DNA of 64,000 nt, from the NCBI RefSeq assembly GCF_027921745.1, contig NC_079239.1:2108001-2172000 (forward strand). The letters run 5' to 3'. The translations under genes were made by a program, and so were the position numbers. Positions 25,543-37,896 of the stretch are shown here, piece after piece (positions within the stretch are counted from its first letter, which is position 1; each line of letters opens with the position of its first letter). This DNA comes from Schizosaccharomyces osmophilus. Its lineage: Eukaryota. The notes below the pieces were generated by a model. That model was not told the origin of the DNA and searched no databases. It worked only from the letters and a program-made list of their open reading frames with translations.

Positions 25543-26014
25543 TTTCTTTGTTACGCTCTTTATTGTTTCGTGCAGTTTGTTCATGTGTGTATTTTTTCGA
25601 TCTTAATATATTTAATCTGATACATTTTTGGCTATAAAAAAATGACCTTTTGGTTTCGTGTACCTTTATTAGAGATTGAGAATAAAAAACAGAGAAAAAA
25701 TATGAACGCTCCAGTAAATACTACTACAGCTTTCTTAATAACCTTCACATTAGTTTATTGAAACCGTATTTTTTAGAGTCTAACGAATGACTTATTTACG
25801 ATAAGTACTAATCTTGATGAAATGCAAGTAAAACAAACAAGCGTATTCAGCACAAGTTATTATAAAAAAAATCAAATATTATCATCGCTTCTTATTAAAG
25901 ACCCCAATCATTGTTCAGAAATCTAAATCCCTTTGATGGTATCCATCGTCGAAAACCCGAATTTACCAAGTTTCATCAGTAGTCATCAGAAGCATGAAAA
26001 GCTTTCTCAAACTT

Positions 26015-26362
26015 TTACTTTTCTTCTTTTTCTTCAAATTCTTCTAAGCATTCAGACACCATAGCGTTCATCCACTCAGTAACCAAATAACCAAGTCCCA
26101 AAAGTGCCGTTTCATCCATGGATTTAAGCGACTTCTTTCCTGTTGCCATCATATATTCGGCTGAAAAGTCCTGAATACTATGGATTAAATCCTATAAATT
26201 GTTAGAATGCACCTTCAGTTGTGTTTGGGTTCATACAGAATCAGGTAGAGGTTCTGATAATGGCAAAGCAAAATCATATATCAGATTAATGGGAAGCTTT
26301 TCATATGGGTTTGGTAATCGATTTACCGAATTATAAACTGTGTTTTTTCCCGGTTTACCCAT
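26015..26362 (-). CDS. rrn10: Small RNA polymerase I UAF subunit (100 aa, absent from the ORF track); exons 26362-26237 and 26191-26015
   Basis: Manual splice GTATGA...CTAAC...TAG gives ...PLPDS|DLIHSIQDFSAEY...SMDETALLGLGYLVTEW, a Rrn10-like motif; synteny. Confidence 0.8.
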
Positions 26363-26858
26363 AGAGACATTGAGAGGTGCTTTGGTGTAAGACAGCGATT
26401 CGAAAGCGAAGAAGAGAAAGAATTTCCGAATGCTGCAAAATTAAAAGGTGCGAATTCCGGCAGGAATATCATTTAAATTATTAAAGAACTTGAAATCCTA
26501 TGCTGCTGAAGAGGACGACGTATGGCCATCGTCGTATGTGGTCAAAAACTTTAGTTTCTAAAATAACTACACATCTAAGTAAAAGCTATATTCATTTTAT
26601 ACATTTATTTTTTTCTATATATTTCTACACGTTTGTTCCAAGACGATTCCCATTCCATTAGTCAAAATTAACAGCTTAAAGATACATATGAGACTAAGAG
26701 GTGTTACAGGAAGCTTTAATTAGATGGTGATAAAAGTACAATAATAGTTCTTGCGGCGTTCGAAAGTCCATCTTCATCCTCCATGGTCAATATACTAAAC
26801 GAAATATGCTCGTTTACAGCATATCCGCATGGGGAATTTTAGGGAAAAGCTTTCAAGA

Positions 26859-28013
26859 TTAGATATGAGCCCTAGATAGACTTTCAGCAAGCTTATCATC
26901 ATCTGTAACATCTCTAGCTTTCTCTTCTTCTTCTTCTTCCTCCTCTTCTTCTTCTTCCTCCTCTTCCTCGTCTGTCAACTCTTCCATATCGTCTAGTTCG
27001 TCGAGTTCACCACGACCACGATTGCTAAAGAGTTGACGAAGTTCCTCGACGACATCGTCCTCTTCAGAAAAGCGGTTACCGTTGAGTTCCAAAAACAAGA
27101 TGTCAGGGATTTTCTCCTCAATAACAGACTTTAAAGCACGGACGGATTCTACTTCAATTTCATTGTACTGTAAGCGCAGCGTTTGCAATCCAATGCTTTT
27201 TTGATTTGAGAAAGAATCCACAACAGCAATGGCTCCGTGGTTGGAAAGCAAGCAATCGTTAAGTCCTAGTTCGCGAAGTTGTGGCCATTTGTTAAGGCTA
27301 AGAGCTAAGGCACTAGATCCTCGTTGAGTGAAAGTATTGTCTTGGAGGTCAAGAATACGAAGTTCGGAGCAATAAGCCAGGCCTTCAACCAATAACTGCT
27401 CGATACCTTCGGGGCGAATTCCGTTTTGAACCATTTTAACGGTATGAAGACCACTGTGGGCACGAACGGCGGCAGCCCAATCCTTCATACTACCATTTTC
27501 AAGACGATTACGTCCGCAAATTATTGATCTAAGAAGACCTGCTTGAGTTTGCTTCTTGACATCGCCTAACTTTTGCAAAGCGCGAGCAATCTTTGAGCCG
27601 GCTTCAGGACCTAATCCATTGTTATGCAAATAAAGGTGCTCTAAAGGTGTGTGATTGGAAATAAAATGGATTAAAGGCTCTTGAGCAGTAGGACCAAAAG
27701 CATTGTCGCTCAAACGGACAGTTTTTACCTTGGGGCACTGAAGAAGTGCATGTAAAAGGCAACCAAGGGCTTCAGGAATTTCGTCTTTTACACGTCCAGT
27801 GAAAATGTCGCTGAACTCTGCAACTTCTAAGTTTTTCTTTTTTACAATAATTTCGGCCAACCATTTAGCTGCCTCAGGTCCAATCGTGTTTCCTGAAAGC
27901 ACAATTTCTTTTAGATCATCGTCACTGATGAAGGTAGAGAAGGTGTTTTCTTCGTCTTCTTTAGTGATTTTGTCAAGTTTCAAAGTTTTTCCTTCAATCG
28001 AAAAGCGCGACAT
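26859..28013 (-). CDS. rna1: Ran GTPase-activating protein
   Basis: Leucine-rich repeats ([27 protein letters not shown]) and an acidic tail. Confidence 0.95.
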   Translation of the reverse strand: MSRFSIEGKTLKLDKITKEDEENTFSTFISDDDLKEIVLSGNTIGPEAAKWLAEIIVKKKNLEVAEFSDIFTGRVKDEIPEALGCLLHALLQCPKVKTVRLSDNAFGPTAQEPLIHFISNHTPLEHLYLHNNGLGPEAGSKIARALQKLGDVKKQTQAGLLRSIICGRNRLENGSMKDWAAAVRAHSGLHTVKMVQNGIRPEGIEQLLVEGLAYCSELRILDLQDNTFTQRGSSALALSLNKWPQLRELGLNDCLLSNHGAIAVVDSFSNQKSIGLQTLRLQYNEIEVESVRALKSVIEEKIPDILFLELNGNRFSEEDDVVEELRQLFSNRGRGELDELDDMEELTDEEEEEEEEEEEEEEEEKARDVTDDDKLAESLSRAHI

Positions 28014-29955
28014 CTTGTTGACCTTTTGCAGAAAAGCTCTTGGCTACGTTGTGGTGGTGTGTACAAGAAGGAGGATGATCTGTGAATTCCTTTGAGACAA
28101 GTAAACGAAAGGCAGAAAAGACAGGTATTGATACGGCGTTTAAAAGAAAAGGAAAGAAAAGAAACGCGTTTGAAATGATGGAAGGTATTGGCTGATGCGA
28201 CGTCTGTTGGAGAAGATGGACTAAGGTTTCAAAACGTTTGTCAGACAAGAGAGCAATGGGTTAAGGAAAAGGAATGATCTCTTTTCTTGAATCGAAATGC
28301 AATACATGTTAATGGAAACCGAGAGCTTGAAGGAATATGTCTGAGATCGATTCTTAAAAACATGCAGTCTTCAGTGATCGCTTGTAAGGATGAAGAAACT
28401 TCGAAATTAGAAGTTTTTTTTTACTGAATATCTATGATATTCCAGTTTTACAATGCGGAAATATGAAATGCTCGATGCTTCGATGCCTGGGTTTGCTGTG
28501 CTACACAATGAAAAGGTAGGATCGTAGCTATTTAAGTGGACTTGATTTATGAAAATAAACCTTCAATTCATTTGAGAATTTTTTTCTTCAAATCTCTCCT
28601 TGTTGACTGGTTTTCTCCTTGAAACCATGAAGGAGAATCGCATATCTAAAGCCTTTTAAGCAAAGACAGCATTATTTCTTGCTCGACAGCTATATACTTT
28701 AATAATGAAAGATTGAATGGAAAAGGTTATGTGTTCCCTCAGAAACTCTACTATCTATAATTTACCTAAAGGGAATGGGCAAAGTGGGTTATCCCAAAAT
28801 TTTAAAGTCGGGTTGTTTTTGGAAATTGAATTTTTATTACATTCGAAGTAGACACAACACGAAAAAAGGGCATTAGCATCGGCAACAGCCGCTTCCAATC
28901 CAGTTTCGGTTTCTGCTGTTTGCTTTAGAGAAAGGCTATGCAACTTGCTGTCGAAAATCTTAAATCTTAATCAGATAATAATGATCCTAACAAAAGGAAA
29001 CTGATGAAAGTCTCATTTGAGGGCTGTGATCAGGCAATCGACCTTCCAGTGAAAGGAATACCTGATATGATTCCGCTGGTTTCTGGGTGTTCTCGGGAAT
29101 TGCTATTGACAGTTGCAATTTCTTGCACTAATTCTGTTAGCCTTGAAATAGGCATCAACCAAACGGAGGTTTTACTAATGGACGATTCCTGCTAGAAAGG
29201 AGCCTAGTCAGCCAGCTAGCCTTGATGGCTTAAAAAAAATGATAGGAACTTTTTTTTTCTGGTTTTCTTGTTTAATTTTCATCCATTGTTCCGGAATTAC
29301 TTTTAATTATTCTTTGGTCACTTCTACACTCAACGGCGAACGGGTTTCTAAGGTGTTTTTTGTTTAATCAGATTATATTAATAAGAATTATTTATATATG
29401 AAATACTTGAATTTTGCATTATCTATTTTTACAAAATTCAGACGCTGCAAAGTCTCTACGACAAGCAGCATATATTTAAAACAGACTCATATAATCCTGT
29501 AGATTTTTCCGCAGCATTTATGTACTTTATTGTTTTTTCCAATCGTAGGATTGTGACTGTAAGACAAGTCATTTCCTCATCATCTCTACTCGATTGTACA
29601 TGAGCTCAAAACGAAGCTCTGATTTTCTGACTTGAATTACCATTTATCTCCTCTTTTCTTCTTACAGTAAATTTGTTAAAGCTTTATCGCTGTTGTTTAC
29701 GGTAATCGAATTTCATTCCATTTACTTGGAAGAGACCAACAGTTAACAGCCCTCCAATACACCCTATCCTTTACCTGCTTTTCGTTTCGCAAGGCTTCTC
29801 TTTAATAACTTTTGTTCAGGATTGTAGTAATCCTTAGTTGTTAGAATTGTATTTCTGCCGTTCCTTGTTCTCGTGAAGCACTTTTTTACTTTTCCCTTCA
29901 GGAAAAACTGATATTCTAATTTCTTTGGTTACATCTTCTATGAACGAAATATAAA

Positions 29956-30957
29956 ATGGCTCAAATCCAATGGCGGTTGTCCAGAATCTGCTTTCTTGTG
30001 TTTGTGGTCTTGTTGGCATTTGTTTTCTATTTTACTATTTTCAGTAATCAATTCACTAGTTCCGATGGATTAAATCAACTGCAAAATTACTTCAGCCAGC
30101 CTTCTAGTACTTCCTACGAAGACTATGTTGTTCCCCTGGATGAACAATTGACTGGAGAGAGCAGAACTTATCATAAAGCTGAATATCGTCCCTCTGACTC
30201 ACAAGAACCAAAATCTCATGAAATTGTGATCCTCCTGGCAAGCGATGGAAAATCCTCAGGTGGAAAAATCCCTCATATGTTTGAGCAATGCATTGAGAAC
30301 CGAATTCATTATGCTCAAGCTCACAATTATGTATTTGAATACGTTAATGTGTCACAGATGAGCGTTCCTCCTGTGTGGGCTAAAATGCCCGCAATTTTGC
30401 AAACTATGATTAAGCACCCAAAAGCAAAATGGATTTGGTGGCTTGATCAAGATGCATTGATTCTCAATACTTCTCTTTCTTTGCAGGAGCACATCCTTTC
30501 TCCACAGAGATTGCAGGATGTTTTGCTTAGAGATACACCATTACGTTCTCCATTTAGCGACGACCTCACACGAAAGACTCCGAAAGAATACTCTTTAGAA
30601 ATGGTTAATACTTTGGGCCTTTTAATTTCCCAAGATTTTGAGGGCTTGAATGCTGGAAGCTTTTTTGTACGCAGATCGCCCATGATGGCCCTCTTCTTGG
30701 ATCTTTGGCATGACAGATCGTTCCGCGAAAACAATATAGCGGACCATGAGCAGGCTCTTCTTGGCTACTTTGTTCGGTATCATCCAGAAATTGCTGCTAT
30801 TATTGGAGTTCTCCCTCAGACGATGATTAATTCTTATCCTGTCGGATGGGAAGTCATGGGTTGGAAGCCTGGTCATTTGGTGATTCATTTAGCTGGTTGT
30901 TGGGTTGAAAATCGTTGCGAGCAACTTTGGAATGAGTATCTTGAGCGGGTATCATAA
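29956..30957 (+). CDS. gmh3: GT34 alpha-1,2-galactosyltransferase, type II membrane protein
   Basis: N-terminal TM helix; [28 protein letters not shown] motifs; paralog choice from synteny. Confidence 0.8.
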   Translation: MAQIQWRLSRICFLVFVVLLAFVFYFTIFSNQFTSSDGLNQLQNYFSQPSSTSYEDYVVPLDEQLTGESRTYHKAEYRPSDSQEPKSHEIVILLASDGKSSGGKIPHMFEQCIENRIHYAQAHNYVFEYVNVSQMSVPPVWAKMPAILQTMIKHPKAKWIWWLDQDALILNTSLSLQEHILSPQRLQDVLLRDTPLRSPFSDDLTRKTPKEYSLEMVNTLGLLISQDFEGLNAGSFFVRRSPMMALFLDLWHDRSFRENNIADHEQALLGYFVRYHPEIAAIIGVLPQTMINSYPVGWEVMGWKPGHLVIHLAGCWVENRCEQLWNEYLERVS

Positions 30958-30966
30958 AATCCTGAA

Positions 30967-31049
30967 TTTCACTCCCTTTCTATTTCTTTCGTTGTCTAAT
31001 GCATATGTTTTCACTCCCTTTCTATTTCTTTCGTTGTCTATGCATATGT
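30967..31049. repeat. Near-perfect 42/41 bp tandem duplication just after the gmh3 stop codon
   Basis: tttcactccctttctatttctttcgttgtcta(a)tgcatatgt at 30967-31008 and 31009-31049. Confidence 0.95.
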
Positions 31050-31791
31050 ACCTGACTTTCTTTTCAGATATTTACATATAATTTCCTATAAAGATGAGCT
31101 CGTTATATTTACTATATAAGGATTTATTGCTGTTTATTTTTGCTTGGCTCGTTCTTTCCGCTTAGCGTCATATGTGGCCCTGGTTCCTGAAATAAATCAT
31201 ACTTTGCTGGTGATTATGGTCGCATGCCGAGTAGTTTTTACAATTTTGACTTACGAAAAGAACAAATATTTACGTTACATCTTTGCATCTTACTTTTTAT
31301 GCTCTGGCCTTTTGTATCTAAAGTATGTACACTTTCCCCTTCCCCTTTGACGAATGTGTATTCCTTATACATAGTATTGCGGCTTGACATATGTCTTTCA
31401 CACTGTCCGTTTTCTCCTTTTGTTTTATTTTTTTGCTACCGACTTCATTCTGTAGAATTATTTTTAACGGGTAAATATATTTATATGACTGCAAAACAAA
31501 GACCAATCTATTCCATAAACAGCATTTACTGTAGTAAGTGGTGTCTTGAGTATATTTGAAAAGCTTATGATAGTGACCATTTTGCTTTTCGTTTTTATTC
31601 ATTTTTTTAACAATATATCTGTTTGTTTACTACCCATAGATATGTTGTTTTACGCTAATAAACTTAGTGTATTACAGTGAATTTCAAGGAGACGTTCAGG
31701 TGTTCTCTATACTACAAACAAGTTGGTATTCACCTAAACAAACCTATCTGCAACAAACAGCAGGAAAAGGAGTTTGTATAGAAATTTCGAT

Positions 31792-32396
31792 ATGGAGTCA
31801 ATACAAAATGCATTTGAAAATGTACAAGAAAGGAGAAGCGCTTTAGGGAGGGTAAGTTTTGTGGATGAAGTGTTTGGAACAGCAACACTAACTTTGAATA
31901 GCAATACCAGTTCTGGGTGGATCGCACGATTCCATTTACAAACCAAAGATGGATGTCTTTCGCTGGACTTTTAGCATTGTTCGTTATCCGTATTCTGATA
32001 GTTCGTGGTTGGTATATCGTCTGCTATACACTGGGTATATATTTGCTGAATTTATTCTTGCTTTTCTTATCACCCAAGTTTGATCCCAGCCTGGAGCAAG
32101 CCATGCGAGATGAAGAGACAGAAGAAGGAGTTTTGCCTACGACGAATGATGATGAATTCCGTCCGTTTATTCGTCGATTACCAGAATTTAAATTTTGGTA
32201 TTCTAGTACTCGTGCTACCGTTATGGCTTTAACAGCTAGTATGTTGCGAGTCTTTGACATTCCTGTGTTCTGGCCTGTTCTTGTCGTGTACTTTTTTGTC
32301 TTGTCATTCTTTTGCTTCCGCAGACAACTCCAGCACATGTTAAAATACCGCTATGTGCCCTTCGATATTGGTAAGAGACGCTTTGGTTCCCGTTAG
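31792..32396 (+). CDS. rer1: Golgi-to-ER retrieval receptor; exons 31792-31851 and 31902-32396
   Basis: GWYIVCYTLGIYLLNLFL, EFRPFIRRLPEFKFW, DIPVFWP, HMLKYRYVPF. Confidence 0.95.
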
Positions 32397-33051
32397 GATG
32401 GGTGTTCCTGAAAGCGCTATGGTTCTTTTTCAAAATTCAAAGCATAGGTCAACATCAGTATGATCTGAATCTTTTTTGTTTTTTTTTCTCTTACACTCAA
32501 TGACTCATGTGTTGATACAGTCTAGGGGATGTTTCTTGGAAACCCTGGATTTCCATGTTGAATAGGTAAAAAATTGGAAAGGCTCTGTGCTAAATATTTA
32601 AAAAAGGCATCCGCAGAAGCAATATTGCTTTCGGAGCAACTACAAGTTGCTTATGGGTTATGGATATCTTGCCAGTTAAGATGAGATTATGAGTTAGGAT
32701 TGTGCATGATATTCTTTTTTCATGAAACCCTCACTACTACCATTTAATTGACGCCCCTTTCTAGAACTTTACGCATTTACTAGACATAATCCACTCGCTA
32801 TATGAATACCTCTTTGTTTTTTCATAATCATATTATATAAATTGATCGTTTTTATTTCTAAATTTCCAGATATTACAGGAGTATCATTTATTAACAGTCA
32901 ACCAATAAAAAGACAAACATTGCAACATTTCCATTCAGGAAGAGAAAGCTAGTTTCCAACTCCTACTTTCCAATTATCATCTATTTAAGCAATCCGTTGG
33001 TAGTAAGTATAACTTTTGTTCATAGTAAAAGCATCGAAATAGTTTGACGCT

Positions 33052-33876
33052 TTAACAGCAGCATTTCTTTTTTGGAACTTCTTTTTTGCAGCAAGACGCT
33101 TCCGAGGAAGACACGTTGGATTCAGCATGCTCCTCCCACAAGCTCTTACCAGAGCAAGCGCAAATGATTTTTGTATTTTGACCGACACCAGCGCTACGAG
33201 ATATAATTCCCAAGACACCATTGGAAGAATCGTTGGTGGCTTTTAATACGAATGCATGACCAATCCAATCTTGCAGGGTACCATTGACTTCTTGAGAAAA
33301 AGCAATTTTTCCAGCATCATTAGAAGAGATGGATGCAAGGGAAGCAAAGGCTCCGCCAACAGATTTTAGTCCACGAGAGATGTCTCCCGAAACAGCAACT
33401 TCAGCGACGTATTCGGTATTGGGTTCTACTTGGGTTGCAACCAAGTCCAAGTAAACTCGGTTCTCTGTAGGAATAAATCTGCATAAACCATGGACTTTTG
33501 GAACTGAAGATAGGTCTTCTGTATTGTCATAGAGAATACAGACTCCCGACTCTTCTTGGGAACTAGCACCGCGAATCAGGATTGGCTTGGAAGTAGCTGT
33601 TTCTAGATGATGAAGAATTTCAGAAGGTGGAACTATAAAACAACAAGGTTAGAGCCAAATATAAATCTCAGGAATCCAGTCTTACGTGAACTTTTCACAA
33701 TTAATTGACCGATCGTGTCGTCCCATTCATAATCGTCAATTTGCAAATTCTTGCATTCTTCTTGAACCGCATTTCTTGCTTCGACAGTGCAATCTTTTAC
33801 CAAAAATTCTACCTAGAATTCACCAAGTTAGAGGATGATACACGTTTTACAGCACCTATGCACCTACTTGCACCAT
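33052..33876 (-). CDS. ccs1: Copper chaperone for Sod1 (238 aa); exons 33876-33868, 33812-33686, 33632-33052
   Basis: Manual splicing gives MVQVEFLVK...ILIRGAS...GLCRF...GIISRSAGVGQNTKIICACSGKSLWEE (CCS domain III CxC) and a Cys-rich tail. Confidence 0.88.
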
Positions 33877-34471
33877 GATGACTCTTTGACGACAAATTTC
33901 CTGAAACTCGTTGACAGGCTTAATGGAAAAGAAAATCAGCCTACAGAGGTTGCTTCTTTGAGTATGGCAATGGTGAAGTGATCAACTTTGCATGAGTCGT
34001 ATGAATCATCACACTACTTAAGGAAATCTTATTAAGCATCATACAAACGAGGAATCGATATTCATGGGAATCAGCGTTTTTGAAAAGAGAGCGATGAGCG
34101 TGTTTCTCAAGGTTAAATCTGTTTGTGGAACAATACATTTCAACAAAGTACCTATATTAAAAAGTTTGGCAGATTCTCGGCACATCCACAAAACAGAATA
34201 TTTCTACGATAAATCGATTGGTGTTATGGAATCCACTGACGAAAAAAAGAATTACAACACAATTCCTTTTTTCTTCTTTTAGGAGTTGTTCTTCTAGTTT
34301 TCTTTCGCCATCATGAGCTTTAGAAATAGCTTGCAAACAAATCATAAAAACAAACAAAATCATAAAAATTGTTACCTATAAAGTTACGATTTCTATGTAC
34401 AGTAATAATTCGTTATAACGATATGTATCGAAAATAGTCGAAGCTTTTCCAATATGCAGAGTACAGCATCT

Positions 34472-34479
34472 TGACGTTA
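34472..34479 (+). promoter_or_regulatory. CRE-like Atf1/Pcr1 site (TGACGTTA) upstream of the sdj1 TATA region
   Basis: TGACGT core ~130 bp upstream of the ATG; TATATATA at ~34514. Confidence 0.4.
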
Positions 34480-34602
34480 TACATATGATTTGAACATGAG
34501 AACAGAACTAAACATATATATATACGTACAAGAGGAATCGGTGCCTAGAACTTACCAATAACAAACAACGGAAATCACAGTAAGAAACAAAGCATATCAA
34601 AA

Positions 34603-35211
34603 ATGGTGAACGTTTGTCTTTTTGTAGCTGATGGAAACGACGAAATTGAGTTTTCAGCTCCCTGGGGTGTTTTCACCAGAGCTCAAATTCCTATCGACAG
34701 CGTCTATGTAGGTGAAAACCCAGAGAAGCTCGTCACAATGTCCCGTGGCATCCAGCTTTACGCAAAGCGCTCTTTGAAGGAGTTTAAGAGCGTCGAAGAT
34801 TTTGCTTCTCACTACGACGTCGTCATCATTCCCGGTGGTTTGAAGGGTGCAAAGACCCTTTCCAGCGACGAATTTGTAAAGAAGGTCGTCAGCTCCTATT
34901 GGAAGAAGGCCGGCAAGGTCATCGGTATGATTTGTGCCGGTACTTTAACCGCCAAGACGACTGGTCTTTCAGCTAGTGAAATCACTGGCCATCCTTCCGT
35001 TCGTAAAGATTTGGAAGAAGCCGGTTTCCGCTATGTCCCACAACCAGTTGTTGTTGAAAACAACTTGGTCACTTCCATGGGCCCCGGAACCGCTATTCTT
35101 TGGGCTTTGAAGTTGTTGGAGCAAGTAACTACTAAGGAAACCTATGACACCGTGTATCAAGCTCTTAGCATGCCCGAGAAGCAAATTGTTTATGCAGCTA
35201 ACCGGGAATAA
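34603..35211 (+). CDS. sdj1: DJ-1/ThiJ/PfpI family glyoxalase III
   Basis: ADGNDEIE, IIPGGLKG, MICAG (catalytic Cys), VTSMGPGT. Confidence 0.9.
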   Translation: MVNVCLFVADGNDEIEFSAPWGVFTRAQIPIDSVYVGENPEKLVTMSRGIQLYAKRSLKEFKSVEDFASHYDVVIIPGGLKGAKTLSSDEFVKKVVSSYWKKAGKVIGMICAGTLTAKTTGLSASEITGHPSVRKDLEEAGFRYVPQPVVVENNLVTSMGPGTAILWALKLLEQVTTKETYDTVYQALSMPEKQIVYAANRE

Positions 35212-35226
35212 ATGAATTTATGAAGT

Positions 35227-35914
35227 TTAGTTTCGTTTGGAATAGGGCTCCATCCTCGAAGAAGGATGTGTATTTTGATGGTGGTTGGTAGTAGAGGAGC
35301 TCGTCTGTGTGATGGGAGCTGCAGAAGAAGCCATGAGTTCTGCTGCTGCTGTCGCCTGATTTGACGACTTTGATGAACGCTTTTCTTTTTTCTTTTTGAT
35401 GACCCGATTCCCATGGTGTTTAGTCCTAGAATACAATGAGTTACGAACCTTGGAATCTAAAGTTTTGTCGCTGACATCCGCTGGTGTAACATCAGAGTTT
35501 GCACGACTACAAGTAGTGTTAGTAAATTGTGGTACAGGAAAAAGTACAAGTAGCTTTCTCTCCAGGTAACTTGGAGATTCTGAATCTGTCTTTTCAACTT
35601 TCATACCTTAGTTTGACGGGACGACTCCCAATGTACTTCCCATTCTTCTCTCTCCAAGCTCGTAGAAAGTGATCTGGGTCTTGAAAAGAAACAAAGCCAA
35701 AGCCGCGTGTTTTTCCTTCACGATCACGGACAACCTTTGTTTTCGCTAGTGAAGGGTATTCAACGAATGCATTTCTCAAAATATCGTCTGTAACGTCGTT
35801 TCCTAGATTTCCTACAAAAAGGCGAAAGTGATTTGGATCCCATTCGAGTAACGAAGGATCTTCCCAGACCTGGCCACCAGACTTTCTTACGACCGTTGTT
35901 TTAACGCGTGACAT
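35227..35914 (-). CDS. RRM RNA-binding protein (RBM42-like); exons 35914-35607 and 35506-35227
   Basis: GGQVWEDPSLLEWDPNHFRLFVGNLG...RGFGFVSF...GKYIGSRPVKL; GTATGA...CTAAC...TAG intron restores the frame. Confidence 0.88.
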
Positions 35915-36571
35915 TTCCAAAAGGCAAGGACAAGGAAGAAAGTAAACGATTCAAGAGAACGGTAGTCTATATTCTTCTACAAAAGGAATTGTATGGTTTA
36001 CAATGGCAAGTCAAAGAAACACAGGGAAACGACTCGTTTGAGATTGTACAAGCTTGGAATCAAAAATCAACAATAAAAATAAAGAAAAGAAGGAACAAAG
36101 TGCTAGTTTCTTGTTAAAAAAGAATTCTTTAGGCGAAACAAAACCAAATCCTTTGTAGTCAATTGTTGGTAGAAGTTGGCAAATAGCGATGGTCCTTTCA
36201 TTGCTGTATTTCATATAGTGTTTTCCCTAGTAGCATCGCGTAAGAAGCCAAGTTTATTCCCTCAAACGAGACGGTTTGCTCTGTTGCTGGTGTATCGATG
36301 AATAAAAGTTTCATTTAAAACAATAAAAACGTTTCTTTTCTCTTTCTTTCATTTTGACTGCAAAAGGTTTGTTTTGGGCTTTAAAATGAAAATTGCGTTT
36401 ACCGAATTGGATGGGCTGCTTTAGTAAACAAATGTGGTTATAAACAAACCATAAAGTGGGCGTTTATAATATAAAGAGACTCAAGAGGACTTCTAATGGA
36501 TTTTATTATTATTTAAATTTTTGTTTTATAAGCTTCTTATTAGTTACAACGTGGTTCTTATATTTAAATGC

Positions 36572-36792
36572 ATGTTACAGGCGAGATCTCACTCGTTATG
36601 AGAAAAAGCATCAGTGGAAAATATGATTACAATTTGAAATAAATTGTAAACAAGGTTAGATGCTTTGATACTACTTGAAATAGATAGTAATAGCTTCCAG
36701 GGATCTGATTCACTAAGCAAGTTGTATAGAAGCATAGACAATTCATTCAGCTAGATCAGTCAATTCTTCAAGTTGGAAGATTTGAGCTTTGA
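36572..36792 (+). mobile_element. LTR-A: 3'-truncated Tf-like LTR
   Basis: Begins TGTTACAGGCGAGATCTCAC like LTR-C, shares core GGGATCTGATTCACTAAGCAAGTTGTA, and similarity stops at about 36790. Confidence 0.85.
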
Positions 36793-37400
36793 CGTTTGAC
36801 AGTTTCGTATGGTATAAACAGTAATAAAGCAAAGGCTTTTGGTTGTTGTCGACGTCTAATATACGGTCGATAGTTATGTTTGCTAGAAAGTTGTTTGCAT
36901 GTGAGTCTGCGTTGTATGATTCGAGTTCAGACACATGAAATGATACAGGATACCTTCTGCATATTTCGCGAGGAAAATTCAAAGTATAGTTGTGTTCTGC
37001 AACTTTCTTTTTATATTTCAAATGGTCCGACAAACGTTGGCCCCAGTTTGTTGTTTTGGTGAAAGAAACTTACTTTACCATTTTTAATAAGTACTTGGTC
37101 ACCGGGCTTGGATATTAGAGGTAGCTCTGTCTTGAGATTGTAGTATGTTGAATAGCGTTCATTTGCTTTTCTTATGTGATTTCTGATCTCATGAACAGGT
37201 TCTGTCTGCGAGAACAAAAAGGATGTTCCAAGATCGTCTACTATTTGCATTTCCAATTCAGTAAAAGTTATATACCAAATGCGGCCTTTACTGGGCTTAC
37301 TTTGGTAGCGCTATGTTCAGCAGAGTTGTAACATAATTGTGCCCTCTTCAAATAAGCGGCCCAATTTTCCTAGTTTAGGTGCATATATTTAAGGAAGTCT
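36790..37400 (-). pseudogene. Decayed Ty3/gypsy (Tf-like) integrase C-terminal half
   Basis: Across frameshifts and stops: ENWAAYLKRAQLCYNSAEHSATKVSP (core end), KPGDQVLI...KLGPTFVGPFEI (GPY/F module), YPVSFHVSELESY, ITIDRILDV (possible chromodomain start). Confidence 0.88.
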
Positions 37401-37896
37401 TTTGTTCATCGCCTTTTTGAATTTTAGGCAAATGATATGCTTCTTTTAGATCGTACTGAGAACCTTGACTCCATCGTCTTCAAAGTCGTCGTCGACGCTA
37501 TTGACTTCGATGCGAAGAATTTGTGGATTGTACATAGCGTGCACTCCTTTCTTTAGTATAGAGCAATATTTCGAGTTGTAATGTTGACGCAGGTGGTCAT
37601 TGATATCTGCGACATGGATTCTATGATCGTCCAGTTTAGATATTATTCCTGCGAAAGAGTCATCGATTACTATTTTATACTGTTTCCTACATCTCTAGTA
37701 TACTCTCTGGTCTGTAAAGCAGATTGTATATCTCCCATAGACAAGTCACCTCGCTGTGGTTTTCCAACAGCGTCGATGTTGTCCAGTCATCGATAATGAG
37801 ATTCAGCCATAGTGCCTAGCACTAATAACAAAGCCGTACTTGTTAGCTAAAAGAAACAAGTACTATGTTGAAAAATATAGAAAGAGCAACGCTTCC

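Noticed and set aside
26516..26536. Near-palindrome ACGACG-T-ATGGCCAT-CGTCGT between rrn10 and rna1
   Set aside because: Single short occurrence with no supporting context
29001..29066. CTGATGA...GTGA...CTGA suggesting a C/D snoRNA or hammerhead ribozyme
   Set aside because: No convincing rRNA complementarity next to D or D', no terminal stem, and no GAAA directly after the putative stem II
37880..37896. Possible self-priming PBS next to LTR-B
   Set aside because: No ~11-nt complement found in the LTR downstream of its TATA tract
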